24,902 nt of DNA from Deltaproteobacteria bacterium TL4 (GTDB lineage: Bacteria > SAR324 > NAC60-12). The first letter of the stretch is position 1. Each line of letters starts with the position of its first letter. The stretch lies in the NCBI GenBank assembly GCA_051382335.1, contig JBBCAX010000126.1, positions 1 through 24,902 on the forward strand, in the 5' to 3' direction. The notes below the pieces were generated by a model, which ran no database searches, was not told where the DNA came from, and saw nothing but the letters and a program-made list of their open reading frames with translations. The position numbers and the translations under genes are program-made. Shown one piece after another: positions 15,915 through 24,902 of this stretch.

Positions 15915-18074
15915 ATGAAGACGTTCAACCAAATCAAAATAACAACAAAAGTTACTGGGGGTTTTGTCATTATTATCCTTTTGATGGTACTTTCATCTAT
16001 ACACCGCATTCACTCCAGTCTCAACGATGCCGCTCATGCCAAAGAAATCAATGAAAACCTGCTACCTCAAGCTCTTACCTTCATTGGCTTAAGAATGGAT
16101 GTGGTCCAGATTCAACAATGGTTGACGGATATTGCCGCGACTCAAGCACAGGGAGGAATGGATGCCGGGTATGGGCAGGCTGAACAATATTACCAGGAAG
16201 CCCATGCTAAAATAGCGAAATTAATGGAGACTCATAGACAGGACAAGGAGATTACCAAGTATTTGAAAAGCCTAAAAAGGGATTTAGACAGTTATTATGA
16301 AATGGGTAAGGTCATGGCCAAAGCCTATATTGAGGGCGGGCCGGGCGCTGGAAACACGGCCATGGCAAAGTTTGATCCTTTGGCGCAAAAAATCACTTCA
16401 AGTTTAAGTAACTTTGTTGGAGAGTATAACGCGAAATTGACTCATTCTTCTTCAGAGGTTGAGGCTTCCGCCAACTTTTCAGTTAAGGCGGGACTTCTTT
16501 CATCGATAGCCATTTTTATTCTCAGCGCCTTGATCGCGTTTATGATTTCTCGGAACATTAGCCGTTTAATCAACAAGTTGGTTCAAAAAATAAGAGAGAT
16601 TATCGATGGTGAAATTAATTTAACTAAAAGCTTCGAGGTGAACAGTTATGCGAATTGCTCCGATATTCGTGGATGCCATAACCAGGCCTGTTCCAGTTTC
16701 GGAAAGGAGGAAGATTGCTGGTCTAAAGTGGGCAGCATGCAAAAAGAAAAAAACAAAATTAAATGTCCACGTGTGTTGAAAGGAAACATCCTCAATTGTT
16801 CCGATTGTCAAGTGTTTCAAATGGCGGAAGTGAATGAAATCGCCTCCATTTCGATTTGGCTCAATGCGTTTATTACTCAAGTCAAGCAAGTCGTTGAGGT
16901 TGTAAAGAGTTCAGCCGATCATCAGTCTTTTGCCACGAAGGCGTTGGCTGATTCTTCTCTGGAAATCTCAGCCAGCACCAAGAACATCCAGCAACGGATT
17001 TCCGGTATTTCTTCGGCCTCCCATCAAGTCAGTTCCAGTATTCAGAAAATGACCTCCTCTTCCGAGTTTGTCGCGTCGAACATTAATACCGTAGCAGTCG
17101 CTGTGGAACAACTGAACACCAACATCACAACCATTGCCGGAGCAACCGAGGAATCTTCAGTCAATATGGTGGAAATCAGCCAGAATACGAGTCGTATTTC
17201 TGTAGATATTGAAAAATTAGCGAATGTGATTGAAGGCATGTCGAAGAAATTGGCAGAAATCAGTCGGAATACCCAGGAAGCGATGAGTATTTCCACGGAT
17301 GCCAATCAAACAGCTCAGGTGACCTTGAATACGATGACCCTGCTTGGAGAGACGGCTAATAAAATTGGGAAAATCGTAAAATTGATTGACAATATCGCTT
17401 CTCAAACTAATATGCTGGCACTCAATGCGACTATTGAAGCGGCAAGTGCGGGAGATGCCGGCAAAGGTTTTGCTGTGGTCGCCTCAGAGGTTAAGGATTT
17501 GGCGCAACAAACGGCTGACGCGAATAACGAAATCGCGCAACAAATCGAATTGATCCAGAAACAAACCACGGAGGCGTTAAACCATAGCAGGAAAATCAAT
17601 GACCTCACCACCCGTGTGGCGGAAATTAATCGCTCCACCAATAAAACGATAGACGAACAGAGCAAATCGTCCGCGGAAATTTCGCGATCTGTCGATTCCA
17701 TTGCCAATGCCAGTAAAGAAACAGCCTTGAATGTGGATGAAGCCAATCTGGGAATGAAGGAAATTGCGCGTTCTATCGCGGAAGCCTCGCAAGTCGCTCA
17801 TGATACGTCCCAAAGAGTCGCTCAAAACGCGGGAAGTATGAAAGAAATCGCCAGAGCTTCTTCAGAGTCCGCGCTTGGGGTTCAAGAGGTCAACGCGAAT
17901 CTTCAGGAAATCCAAAGCGCGATTGGAGGCATGGATGAAGGCGTTTTGCTCATTACTCAAAACGCAATGACTTTGAAAGAAATGTCTGAAAAATTGCGAG
18001 AGATAACCCAGTCCTTCATCACAGATAAAAAAACAAAAGCGAGCACTACCAAATCGTTAATGAAGCTAACATAA
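15915..18074 (+). CDS. Methyl-accepting chemotaxis protein (2 TM, periplasmic helical sensor, HAMP with Cys-rich insert, long signalling domain)
   Basis: [37 protein letters not shown] hairpin tip; two TM segments; sensor motif [18 protein letters not shown] 15915 is preferred over TTG 15864. Confidence 0.95.
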   Translation: MKTFNQIKITTKVTGGFVIIILLMVLSSIHRIHSSLNDAAHAKEINENLLPQALTFIGLRMDVVQIQQWLTDIAATQAQGGMDAGYGQAEQYYQEAHAKIAKLMETHRQDKEITKYLKSLKRDLDSYYEMGKVMAKAYIEGGPGAGNTAMAKFDPLAQKITSSLSNFVGEYNAKLTHSSSEVEASANFSVKAGLLSSIAIFILSALIAFMISRNISRLINKLVQKIREIIDGEINLTKSFEVNSYANCSDIRGCHNQACSSFGKEEDCWSKVGSMQKEKNKIKCPRVLKGNILNCSDCQVFQMAEVNEIASISIWLNAFITQVKQVVEVVKSSADHQSFATKALADSSLEISASTKNIQQRISGISSASHQVSSSIQKMTSSSEFVASNINTVAVAVEQLNTNITTIAGATEESSVNMVEISQNTSRISVDIEKLANVIEGMSKKLAEISRNTQEAMSISTDANQTAQVTLNTMTLLGETANKIGKIVKLIDNIASQTNMLALNATIEAASAGDAGKGFAVVASEVKDLAQQTADANNEIAQQIELIQKQTTEALNHSRKINDLTTRVAEINRSTNKTIDEQSKSSAEISRSVDSIANASKETALNVDEANLGMKEIARSIAEASQVAHDTSQRVAQNAGSMKEIARASSESALGVQEVNANLQEIQSAIGGMDEGVLLITQNAMTLKEMSEKLREITQSFITDKKTKASTTKSLMKLT

Positions 18075-18103
18075 AATGACGCGCCTAATCAATAAGAGGA
18101 AAA

Positions 18104-21100
18104 ATGGAAATGGATGAGGATTTACTTGATAGTTTTGTAGAAGAAGCCTTGGAAAATGTGGAAACTATTGAGCCGAACTTACTCAGACTTGAGGGTGAAC
18201 CTGGAAATATGGAGTTGATCAATATCCTTTTCAGGTCCATCCATAGTATTAAGGGCGGGTCTGGTTTTTTTGGATTTCAGAACATGGGTTCTCTCGCGCA
18301 TAAAATGGAAGCTTTGATGTCCAAAGTGAGAGAAGCTGAAATTGTGTTAGAGCGACGACATATTGATGTGCTGTTGACCAGCGCGGATCATCTTCATCAA
18401 ATGATTAAGGACCCTCAAGCCAGTGAGGCCATCAATGTGACCGAGGATCATCAACGCCTTGATGCTTTGATTGAAGGACAAGCAGAATACGCTAAGGCGT
18501 CCTCGCCGCGACCTGAAGCCAAAGCCTCAACCAAGGTCCCAAGAGTCCAAAAGTTTCTGATTTCCGCCATTGAAGTTGAAAAAATAATCCAGGGCGGAAA
18601 TCATCTGTATGCGGGGAGTGTTTTCCTCAATGAACATCTTTTTGATCAAGAGAGCACTCCGCAAACTTATATTGATGTCGCCAGCGAATTTGGCAGTTTT
18701 GTGATGACGACCCCTCCTCTTAACGAGATTGCCTCCTTACAAAGCGCACAGGACGATGAGACGTTTACTTTCCTCTTCGCAACCATCATGGATTCTGATC
18801 TGGTTTTTCACAGTCTGGGGTTGTCGGAAAATCAAGGCGTTGAAATTGATTTGCAAGCTCTCAAAGAAATGCTGTCTGGAGGTCATCCCGTTCATATTAT
18901 CGTTAATTTCGATGGAACCGAGACCTCTGTACAATTCGAAGCTACAGCAAAACAGCAATCCCGGGAGGCCTTGCCCGCCGTGGAAGAAGCAGCGGAAACA
19001 AAAGAGCAACCCACAGAGGACGAGCCTTTACCCGAGGATGCCCCACCCTCAACATCTGCTGTGACACCTGCGGTTGCTCAGAAAAAGATGCCGCTCAAAG
19101 GCGATGAAAGCATTCGTGTTCACGTCAGCCGATTGAATCGATTGATTGATCTCGCGGGAGAGTTGGTGCTTGCCAGAAACCAAATCATGCAGTTGAGTGA
19201 GCCTATTGTTAAGGAAATTCAAGGACTCAAAAGCGTCTTGCAAAATTTCAACATGGTGACCACTGAACTTCAGGAAGTCATTATGAACACACGGATGCAG
19301 CCCATTGGGATGGTTTTTGGAAAATTTCCGCGGATCATCCGCCAGTTGGCGTCTAATTTAGGCAAAGACATTCAACTCATAACCAAGGGGAATGAGGTGG
19401 AACTCGATAAAACCATTATTGAGTCCCTCTCGGATCCGATGACCCACATTGTTCGAAATACGGCAGATCATGGGATTGAGCTGCCTGAGGAACGGGAGAA
19501 AAAGGGGAAACCCAAAAAAGGCACGTTACAGTTAAAGGCCTATCATGAAAGTGGTCAGGTGATTATTGAGATTTCTGATGACGGAAAAGGCATTAACGCG
19601 GAGTTCATTGCCAGAAAGGCTGTTGAAAAAGGCGTGATCACAGCGGAAATGGTCAGGCAAATGTCCACCAAAGAAAAAATTAATTTGGTTTTTGCGCCAG
19701 GCTTTTCTACTGCGGAAAAAGTGACTGCGGTTTCTGGACGCGGCGTCGGAATGGATGTGGTCCGTACCAATATTGAACAATTAGGCGGCACTGTCGAAAT
19801 TACTTCTGTGGTGGATAAAGGAACTACGATTTCCATGGTTCTGCCTCTGACGATGGCGATTGTTTCTTGCCTGATTGTTTCAAGTCGCGGTCAACGCTTT
19901 GCCTTTCCTCAAACCAACCTTGAAGAATTGGTCATGCTCAAAGAGGAAGACGCCTCAAAAATGGTAGAAAAAATTCAAGGGAAAACCGTACTGCGTCTGC
20001 GAGGAAAACTGCTTCCGTTAATTTCGCTTGCTGAGGGCTTGAACCTTCCCGACAGACGGCTAGGGAAACCTCCCTACAAAGAAGAGGGAAATGCCCGACA
20101 AAAACGGGCCCATCGGATTATGATCCTAAAAGCGGGAGCCGGGGCGCGCATAGGCATTATTGTGGACACAATTCTCGGCAGTGAAGAGATTGTGGTCAAA
20201 CCGATGCCTGAATACTTGAAACATCTGCCCTGCTTTTCCGGAACAACGATTTTGGGCGACGGAACCATTTCCATGATCATGGACGTTGTGGGCTTTACAG
20301 AGAAAAATGGTCTGCTCTTTACCAAAGATGTGGTGGAGGAGGAAAAGGAAGAAATCGGGAAAATGAGCCATGAAACGCAGTCCCTTCTTCTTTTTGACAA
20401 TGGCTCGATGGAACGCTTTGCCGTAACCATCCCTTTGATTCAACGCGTGGATACGATCAATACGAATCAAATCCAGTATGTTGGCGATAAAGAGTATGTT
20501 GCTTATATGGGAGAACAAATGCGAATTTTGCGTTTGGAAAATTATATTCCTATTCAAAAGCCTACCCAATACTCAGAAACACCGAGCATCATTATTCCTA
20601 AAAAAGCGAGAGTGCCCGTGGGAATCTTGATTAATCGAGTGATTGATTCACGTAACATCGTAGTGAAATTTGAAAAGGGAAGTATTGAATGCCGTGGGAT
20701 CTTGGGATCGACGTTGATTGACGACAAAATCACCTTATTGGTGGATTTATATGCTGTTTTAGAAATGGGCGAACCTCGAAGTCTTTCCCAGACGTCTATG
20801 GAAAATAAAAAAGTTCAAAAACGTCACATCCTGCTGGTAGAAGACACGCCTTTCTTTTTAAGTATTGTGAAAGAGTATCTGACGTCTGTAGGATACCAGG
20901 CTACCACGGCGATCGATGGGAAAAAAGGCCTGGAAGCCCTGGAAGCCGGGCGCTTTGATATGATTTTAAGTGATATTGAAATGCCGGAAATGGATGGATG
21001 GGAATTCATCAAAGCGATTCGGGCCAATAAAAAATGGAATGATATTCCCGTCATCGCCCTCACTTCGTTGAATGACGATAAAACGATTCATGCGGGAAAA

Positions 21101-21178
21101 GAAGCAGGTTTCAGTGAATGGCTCGTGAAACTCGATAAGGAGGAAATATTAAAACAACTCGCGAAATATTTAGGATGA
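18104..21178 (+). CDS. cheA: Hybrid chemotaxis histidine kinase CheA (HPt-dimer-HATPase-CheW-CheW-REC)
   Basis: FRSIHSIKGGSG, LIDLAGELVLARNQ, DPMTHIVRNTADHGIE, SGRGVGMDVV, two CheW-like domains, C-terminal receiver LLVEDT...LSDIEMPEMDG. Confidence 0.96.
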   Translation: MEMDEDLLDSFVEEALENVETIEPNLLRLEGEPGNMELINILFRSIHSIKGGSGFFGFQNMGSLAHKMEALMSKVREAEIVLERRHIDVLLTSADHLHQMIKDPQASEAINVTEDHQRLDALIEGQAEYAKASSPRPEAKASTKVPRVQKFLISAIEVEKIIQGGNHLYAGSVFLNEHLFDQESTPQTYIDVASEFGSFVMTTPPLNEIASLQSAQDDETFTFLFATIMDSDLVFHSLGLSENQGVEIDLQALKEMLSGGHPVHIIVNFDGTETSVQFEATAKQQSREALPAVEEAAETKEQPTEDEPLPEDAPPSTSAVTPAVAQKKMPLKGDESIRVHVSRLNRLIDLAGELVLARNQIMQLSEPIVKEIQGLKSVLQNFNMVTTELQEVIMNTRMQPIGMVFGKFPRIIRQLASNLGKDIQLITKGNEVELDKTIIESLSDPMTHIVRNTADHGIELPEEREKKGKPKKGTLQLKAYHESGQVIIEISDDGKGINAEFIARKAVEKGVITAEMVRQMSTKEKINLVFAPGFSTAEKVTAVSGRGVGMDVVRTNIEQLGGTVEITSVVDKGTTISMVLPLTMAIVSCLIVSSRGQRFAFPQTNLEELVMLKEEDASKMVEKIQGKTVLRLRGKLLPLISLAEGLNLPDRRLGKPPYKEEGNARQKRAHRIMILKAGAGARIGIIVDTILGSEEIVVKPMPEYLKHLPCFSGTTILGDGTISMIMDVVGFTEKNGLLFTKDVVEEEKEEIGKMSHETQSLLLFDNGSMERFAVTIPLIQRVDTINTNQIQYVGDKEYVAYMGEQMRILRLENYIPIQKPTQYSETPSIIIPKKARVPVGILINRVIDSRNIVVKFEKGSIECRGILGSTLIDDKITLLVDLYAVLEMGEPRSLSQTSMENKKVQKRHILLVEDTPFFLSIVKEYLTSVGYQATTAIDGKKGLEALEAGRFDMILSDIEMPEMDGWEFIKAIRANKKWNDIPVIALTSLNDDKTIHAGKEAGFSEWLVKLDKEEILKQLAKYLG

Positions 21179-21187
21179 TCATTAAAA

Positions 21188-22261
21188 ATGCGTGAAATTA
21201 TTAAGATCTTGGTTGTTGATGACAGCATTACTTATCGCCTGGCTCTAAAGCAGGTGATTGATAACATTCCCGATGCGGAGTGTACTGGAATGGCTGCGTC
21301 AGGAAGCATCGCACTAAGAAAAATCAAGGAAAACCCTCCCGACTTGGTGTTGTTGGATGTGGTGATGCCGGATATGGACGGCGTTGAAACCCTATGGAAC
21401 ATTCGTCAAAACTATCCTGGGATAGACGCTGTGATGATCAGCGCGTTTGACTTGAAAAATGCCAAGGCTTCCATTCAATCACTTGAATTAGGCGCGCTGG
21501 ATTTCATCCCGAAACCTGTAACCAAAAACCAGGAGGAAAGCTTGGAGGAATTGTCCCGGCATCTGACGCGGTTGATTCATCTGGTTCAGAGTCGAAAGTC
21601 CAGACACTTGCCCCAAGCGGAAAATACTCAGGTCATCAGAAAATCATCACAACCCGCCTACCTAAAACCAGCGCCTGCGGTCTCCTCGGATAAGTATCAA
21701 CTCATTGCGATTGCTTCTTCAACGGGTGGACCGAAAGCGTTGTTTGATATTTTTTCTTCGATTACTACAAAAATTCAGTGTCCTGTGGTCATTGTGCAGC
21801 ATATGCCGCCTCTGTTTACGCAGTCTCTTGCGGAACAATTACAAAAGGCGTCTTCAATGACGGTTAAAGAAGCCGAAGATGGAGAAGAAATCCTTCCTCA
21901 GCATGTTTATATTGTGCCAGGGGGACATCACATGGTGTTGACCAAAAGGAAGGGCAGTTATTGTTTGGAGCTTTGTGATATTCCTCCCGTCAACAACTGC
22001 AAACCCTCCGCCGATGTGTTGTTTGAATCCATCACGGAATTTTATACAGAAAAGGTCTTGAGCGTGGTGTTGACAGGCATGGGGCATGATGGAACTGAAG
22101 GCATTCGTTCCCTCAAAACGAAAGGAACTTTTTGCCTTGTTCAGAATGAAGAATCATCTATTGTATGGGGGATGCCTGGAAGTGTTGTGAACGCGGGTTT
22201 TGCGGATGAAATACTTCCTTTAGAACAAATTGCGAAACGACTTGTCAGCCTGACTGGATAA
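21188..22261 (+). CDS. cheB: Chemotaxis response regulator protein-glutamate methylesterase CheB
   Basis: N-terminal REC (VVDDS, LLDVVMPDMDG); ASSTGGP, VQHMP, VLTGMGHDG, WGMP. Confidence 0.96.
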   Translation: MREIIKILVVDDSITYRLALKQVIDNIPDAECTGMAASGSIALRKIKENPPDLVLLDVVMPDMDGVETLWNIRQNYPGIDAVMISAFDLKNAKASIQSLELGALDFIPKPVTKNQEESLEELSRHLTRLIHLVQSRKSRHLPQAENTQVIRKSSQPAYLKPAPAVSSDKYQLIAIASSTGGPKALFDIFSSITTKIQCPVVIVQHMPPLFTQSLAEQLQKASSMTVKEAEDGEEILPQHVYIVPGGHHMVLTKRKGSYCLELCDIPPVNNCKPSADVLFESITEFYTEKVLSVVLTGMGHDGTEGIRSLKTKGTFCLVQNEESSIVWGMPGSVVNAGFADEILPLEQIAKRLVSLTG

Positions 22262-22262
22262 A

Positions 22263-23129
22263 ATGGCTTTGATTGATACGGCACCAACCCTTCACCCCCT
22301 AACACAAGTAGAGTTTTTACAGTTACGTGAGTTACTCCTTAAGGTTTGCGGTATTTCCCTCAATGATGACCATCACTACCTGATTGAAACCCGTCTCAGG
22401 GATTATGCTCTCGAATTAGGAGCCAGGACCTTTGGGGAACTCTATCGTTTTATTGTAACTCAGGCAGACCAACGGCTCCCTGAAGTGATCGAACGCATGA
22501 CAACCAACGAGACCCTCTGGTTTCGGGATCAGTCGTGTTGGAACATTTTGGAAAAATACATCATTCCCCATTTCTTTGAATGTCTGGATAACGGTGTTTC
22601 AAAAATTCGCATTTGGTCTGCCGCCTGTTCCACAGGACAGGAGCCGTATTCTTTAGCCATTTTAATCGATGAGCTGTGTGCCAAATATGGGAAAATGGGC
22701 TATCAGGATCGATTCTCTATTTTGGGGACAGATATTTCGGGGAAAGCTTTGGCAAGCGCCAGACTTGCTCAATATGACTCCTTTGTGATCAATCGAGGGC
22801 TTTCTGAGCAGCGGAAAAAACGTTACTTTACTTGTGAAAATGAAAAATGGAAACTGAATGAGACTCTTTCAAAGAGAGTCAACTTCAGCTCCTTCAATTT
22901 AATTGGCTCGTATCGGACCTTCGAGAAGTATCACTTAATCTTATGCCGAAATGTGATGGTTTACTTTTCCTCTTCCTTCCAAAAGGAAGTCTTGCAAAAA
23001 ATGAACAGTGTTTTGCATGATGATGGCATGTTAATGATTGGAGCCTCAGAATCCTTATTGAATTACAGAGAACTGTTTAATCGCTGTGAATTTGAGAATG
23101 GGGTTTATTATCGACCGATACGTTCTTAG
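22263..23129 (+). CDS. cheR: Chemotaxis protein-glutamate O-methyltransferase CheR
   Basis: TTNETLWFRD, RIWSAACSTGQEPYSLA, GTDIS, ILCRNVMVYF, IGASESL. Confidence 0.96.
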   Translation: MALIDTAPTLHPLTQVEFLQLRELLLKVCGISLNDDHHYLIETRLRDYALELGARTFGELYRFIVTQADQRLPEVIERMTTNETLWFRDQSCWNILEKYIIPHFFECLDNGVSKIRIWSAACSTGQEPYSLAILIDELCAKYGKMGYQDRFSILGTDISGKALASARLAQYDSFVINRGLSEQRKKRYFTCENEKWKLNETLSKRVNFSSFNLIGSYRTFEKYHLILCRNVMVYFSSSFQKEVLQKMNSVLHDDGMLMIGASESLLNYRELFNRCEFENGVYYRPIRS

Positions 23130-23262
23130 CTGTTACTTTTTTCAAAGCCGCACGTCTAGCGGGACAAGGCGTAACCGTAAGCCTTAAAAAGTCCGATGAT
23201 GAGGGAGATTACTGAAATTCTTATTTGGAATTAACGTTAAAAAATAAATAGAGAGTTGTATC

Positions 23263-23766
23263 ATGCAATTAGCGACCTTTCATATTGGCGATGAATTATT
23301 CGCCGTTAATATTCTGCTCACTAAAGAGATTGGGAAAATTCACGAACTGACGGCGGTGCCCGAATCTCCGGAATATGTTGTGGGTCTCATGAATTTAAGA
23401 GGGCAGATTCTAACGATCATTGATTTTCAATGCTTCCTTGAGCCTCAGCAAAACCGTAATGATAATGGAGAGAAGCAGCTCATTATTTTGAAAACCAAGT
23501 CGGAATTGGAACCTTTGCAGCGTCATGGTTTAGTTGCTGATTATGAAATGACAACCGATCCCATGGCCTTGGTGATTGATAAAATCGGAGATGTATTGAC
23601 CGTGGAAAACGACGATATTGCACCGGCACCTTCAAATTTGGTGGACGCGAGGAAAGAGTTGGTTTCTGGCGTGGTGCAACTGGATGAACGATTAGTCATT
23701 CTCTTATCGGTTGAAAGGCTTGTGAAAAAATTTTTATCAAGTCAACCATCTAAATCGTCTAAGTAA
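23263..23766 (+). CDS. cheW: Chemotaxis coupling protein CheW
   Basis: QLATFHIGDELFAV, TAVPESPEYVVGLMNLRGQILTIID, LVIDKIGDV, GVVQLDERLVILL. Confidence 0.95.
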   Translation: MQLATFHIGDELFAVNILLTKEIGKIHELTAVPESPEYVVGLMNLRGQILTIIDFQCFLEPQQNRNDNGEKQLIILKTKSELEPLQRHGLVADYEMTTDPMALVIDKIGDVLTVENDDIAPAPSNLVDARKELVSGVVQLDERLVILLSVERLVKKFLSSQPSKSSK

Positions 23767-23767
23767 T

Positions 23768-24726
23768 AGACATCTTTCCAAAATAAAGCCTGGATTTTAG
23801 CGAGTTCACGGGTATCCTCCTCTTTTACATAATTTTCAGTATTTCAAATGTATTGTAAGGAGGACCTATGAGCTACTTTAATAAATTGAGAACCCAGAAT
23901 CCCGATCAATTTAGACGAGAAACGGGGATTCCTTTGAAAAAATTTAAAAAACTGCGCAAAGCCGTCACTAATCACCTGACTGCGGCACGCCAAAATAATC
24001 CTTTACAACAGAGAGGGTGCAAGTCAGAAATATCTTTAGAGGATAAGTTGTTGCTCACCCTCTTTTACCTGCGTCATTACCAAACCTTTTTCATGTTGGG
24101 GAAACAGTTTGGCGTCAGTAAATCCTATGCCTGTAAAATTTTTCATCACTATAGTGATATTCTTGTTAAAGTTCAACCCTTGAAATCTCGTAAAACACTC
24201 ATAGAAGAAAAAGATGCCATAGTCCTTGATGTGACTGAAACTCCTATAGAACGCCCCAAAAAAGGACAAAAAGAATTTTACTCCGGAAAAAAGAAACGTC
24301 ATACGATCAAAGCCCAGTTGGTGGTCAATCTGACGACTTTAGTCATTTTGTCGGTCTTTTGTGAAAAAGGAACCGTTCATGATTTTCAAATTCTAAAAAA
24401 CAGTCGCTCCGTTTTCAATCCGGAGGCTCCAAAACTGGCTGATTCAGGTTATCAGGAAATCCACAAACTTTATAAAAACACACAGACTCCCATCAAAAAG
24501 AAAAAAGGAATTCCGTTAACCGAAGAAGAAAAACAATATAATCGGGAGTTGGCTCGCAAACGTATTGTCATTGAGCATATCAACCGACGCTGTAAAATCT
24601 TTCGTATTGTTAAAGAAACTTACAGAGGAAAACATAAAAACTATGGAAAAATTTGGAACATTATTGCTGGATTGGTAAATCTTCGCTATGCCGCATGATT
24701 TCAGGGTTTATTTAGGAAAGATGTCT
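23768..24726 (+). mobile_element. IS5-family insertion sequence (ISL2-group-like), complete
   Basis: Left end AGACATCTTTCCAAAATAAAGCCTG (23768-23792) matches the reverse complement of 24702-24726, AGACATCTTTCCTAAATAAACCCTG, at 23/25. AAT flanks both sides (23765-23767, 24727-24729). Confidence 0.88.
23868..24698 (+). CDS. IS5-family DDE transposase
   Basis: N-terminal HTH (LLLTLFYLRHY...FGVSKS); DDE residues in VLDVTE, LADSGY and RIVIEH; IERPKKGQKEFYSGKKKRHTIK; RBS AAGGAGG upstream. Confidence 0.93.
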   Translation: MSYFNKLRTQNPDQFRRETGIPLKKFKKLRKAVTNHLTAARQNNPLQQRGCKSEISLEDKLLLTLFYLRHYQTFFMLGKQFGVSKSYACKIFHHYSDILVKVQPLKSRKTLIEEKDAIVLDVTETPIERPKKGQKEFYSGKKKRHTIKAQLVVNLTTLVILSVFCEKGTVHDFQILKNSRSVFNPEAPKLADSGYQEIHKLYKNTQTPIKKKKGIPLTEEEKQYNRELARKRIVIEHINRRCKIFRIVKETYRGKHKNYGKIWNIIAGLVNLRYAA

Positions 24727-24729
24727 AAT

Positions 24730-24902
24730 GAGTACCCTGAACTATTAGCGAAAGGCAAGGGCGAAACCGTGAGGGATCGTCTGAAGGAAGCCTGGAGCAA
24801 ACTGACGAGCCGACGAACAGAAACCGCATAGAAGGCTCACTTCCCTGGGATGAGTTAGCACAACATAATGAAATCCTGTGGCTTGGGGGATAGGGTAAAT
24901 GC
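24730..24902 (+). mobile_element. Group II intron (class C/IIC-like) domain I sequence, lacking its 5' GUGCG end and running off the window
   Basis: The ordered motifs AGTACCC..AAC..TTAGC.AAAGGCAAGGG...TCTGAAGGAAGCC...GCAAA...GACGAACAGAAACCGCATAGAAGGC...GGATGAGTTAGCA...GTAAATGC match my recollection of the 5' region of bacterial class C introns. Confidence 0.7.

Overview
Bacterial window with four blocks. (1) Housekeeping and envelope genes: arfB, a GT2 plus GT-C (PMT/ArnT-like) glycosyltransferase pair, a nitroreductase, and small palindromic/MITE elements. (2) A Wadjet/MksBEF-type jetA-jetB-jetC operon with no jetD. (3) A convergent minus-strand three-gene Cas-like operon, the most interesting part. 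It encodes a 1134-aa protein with three fused Cas7/RAMP domains and a ~320-aa insertion, a 303-aa Zn-finger protein that looks like a highly reduced Cas10, and a Cas6-like protein. No CRISPR array, cas1/cas2, cas5 or CARF/protease ancillary gene lies beside it. (4) A chemosensory operon (MCP with a Cys-rich insert, hybrid cheA, cheB, cheR, cheW) ending at an intact IS5-family element, which abuts what looks like a 5'-truncated group IIC intron running off the window end. All family calls come from motif recognition by eye; no database searches were run.
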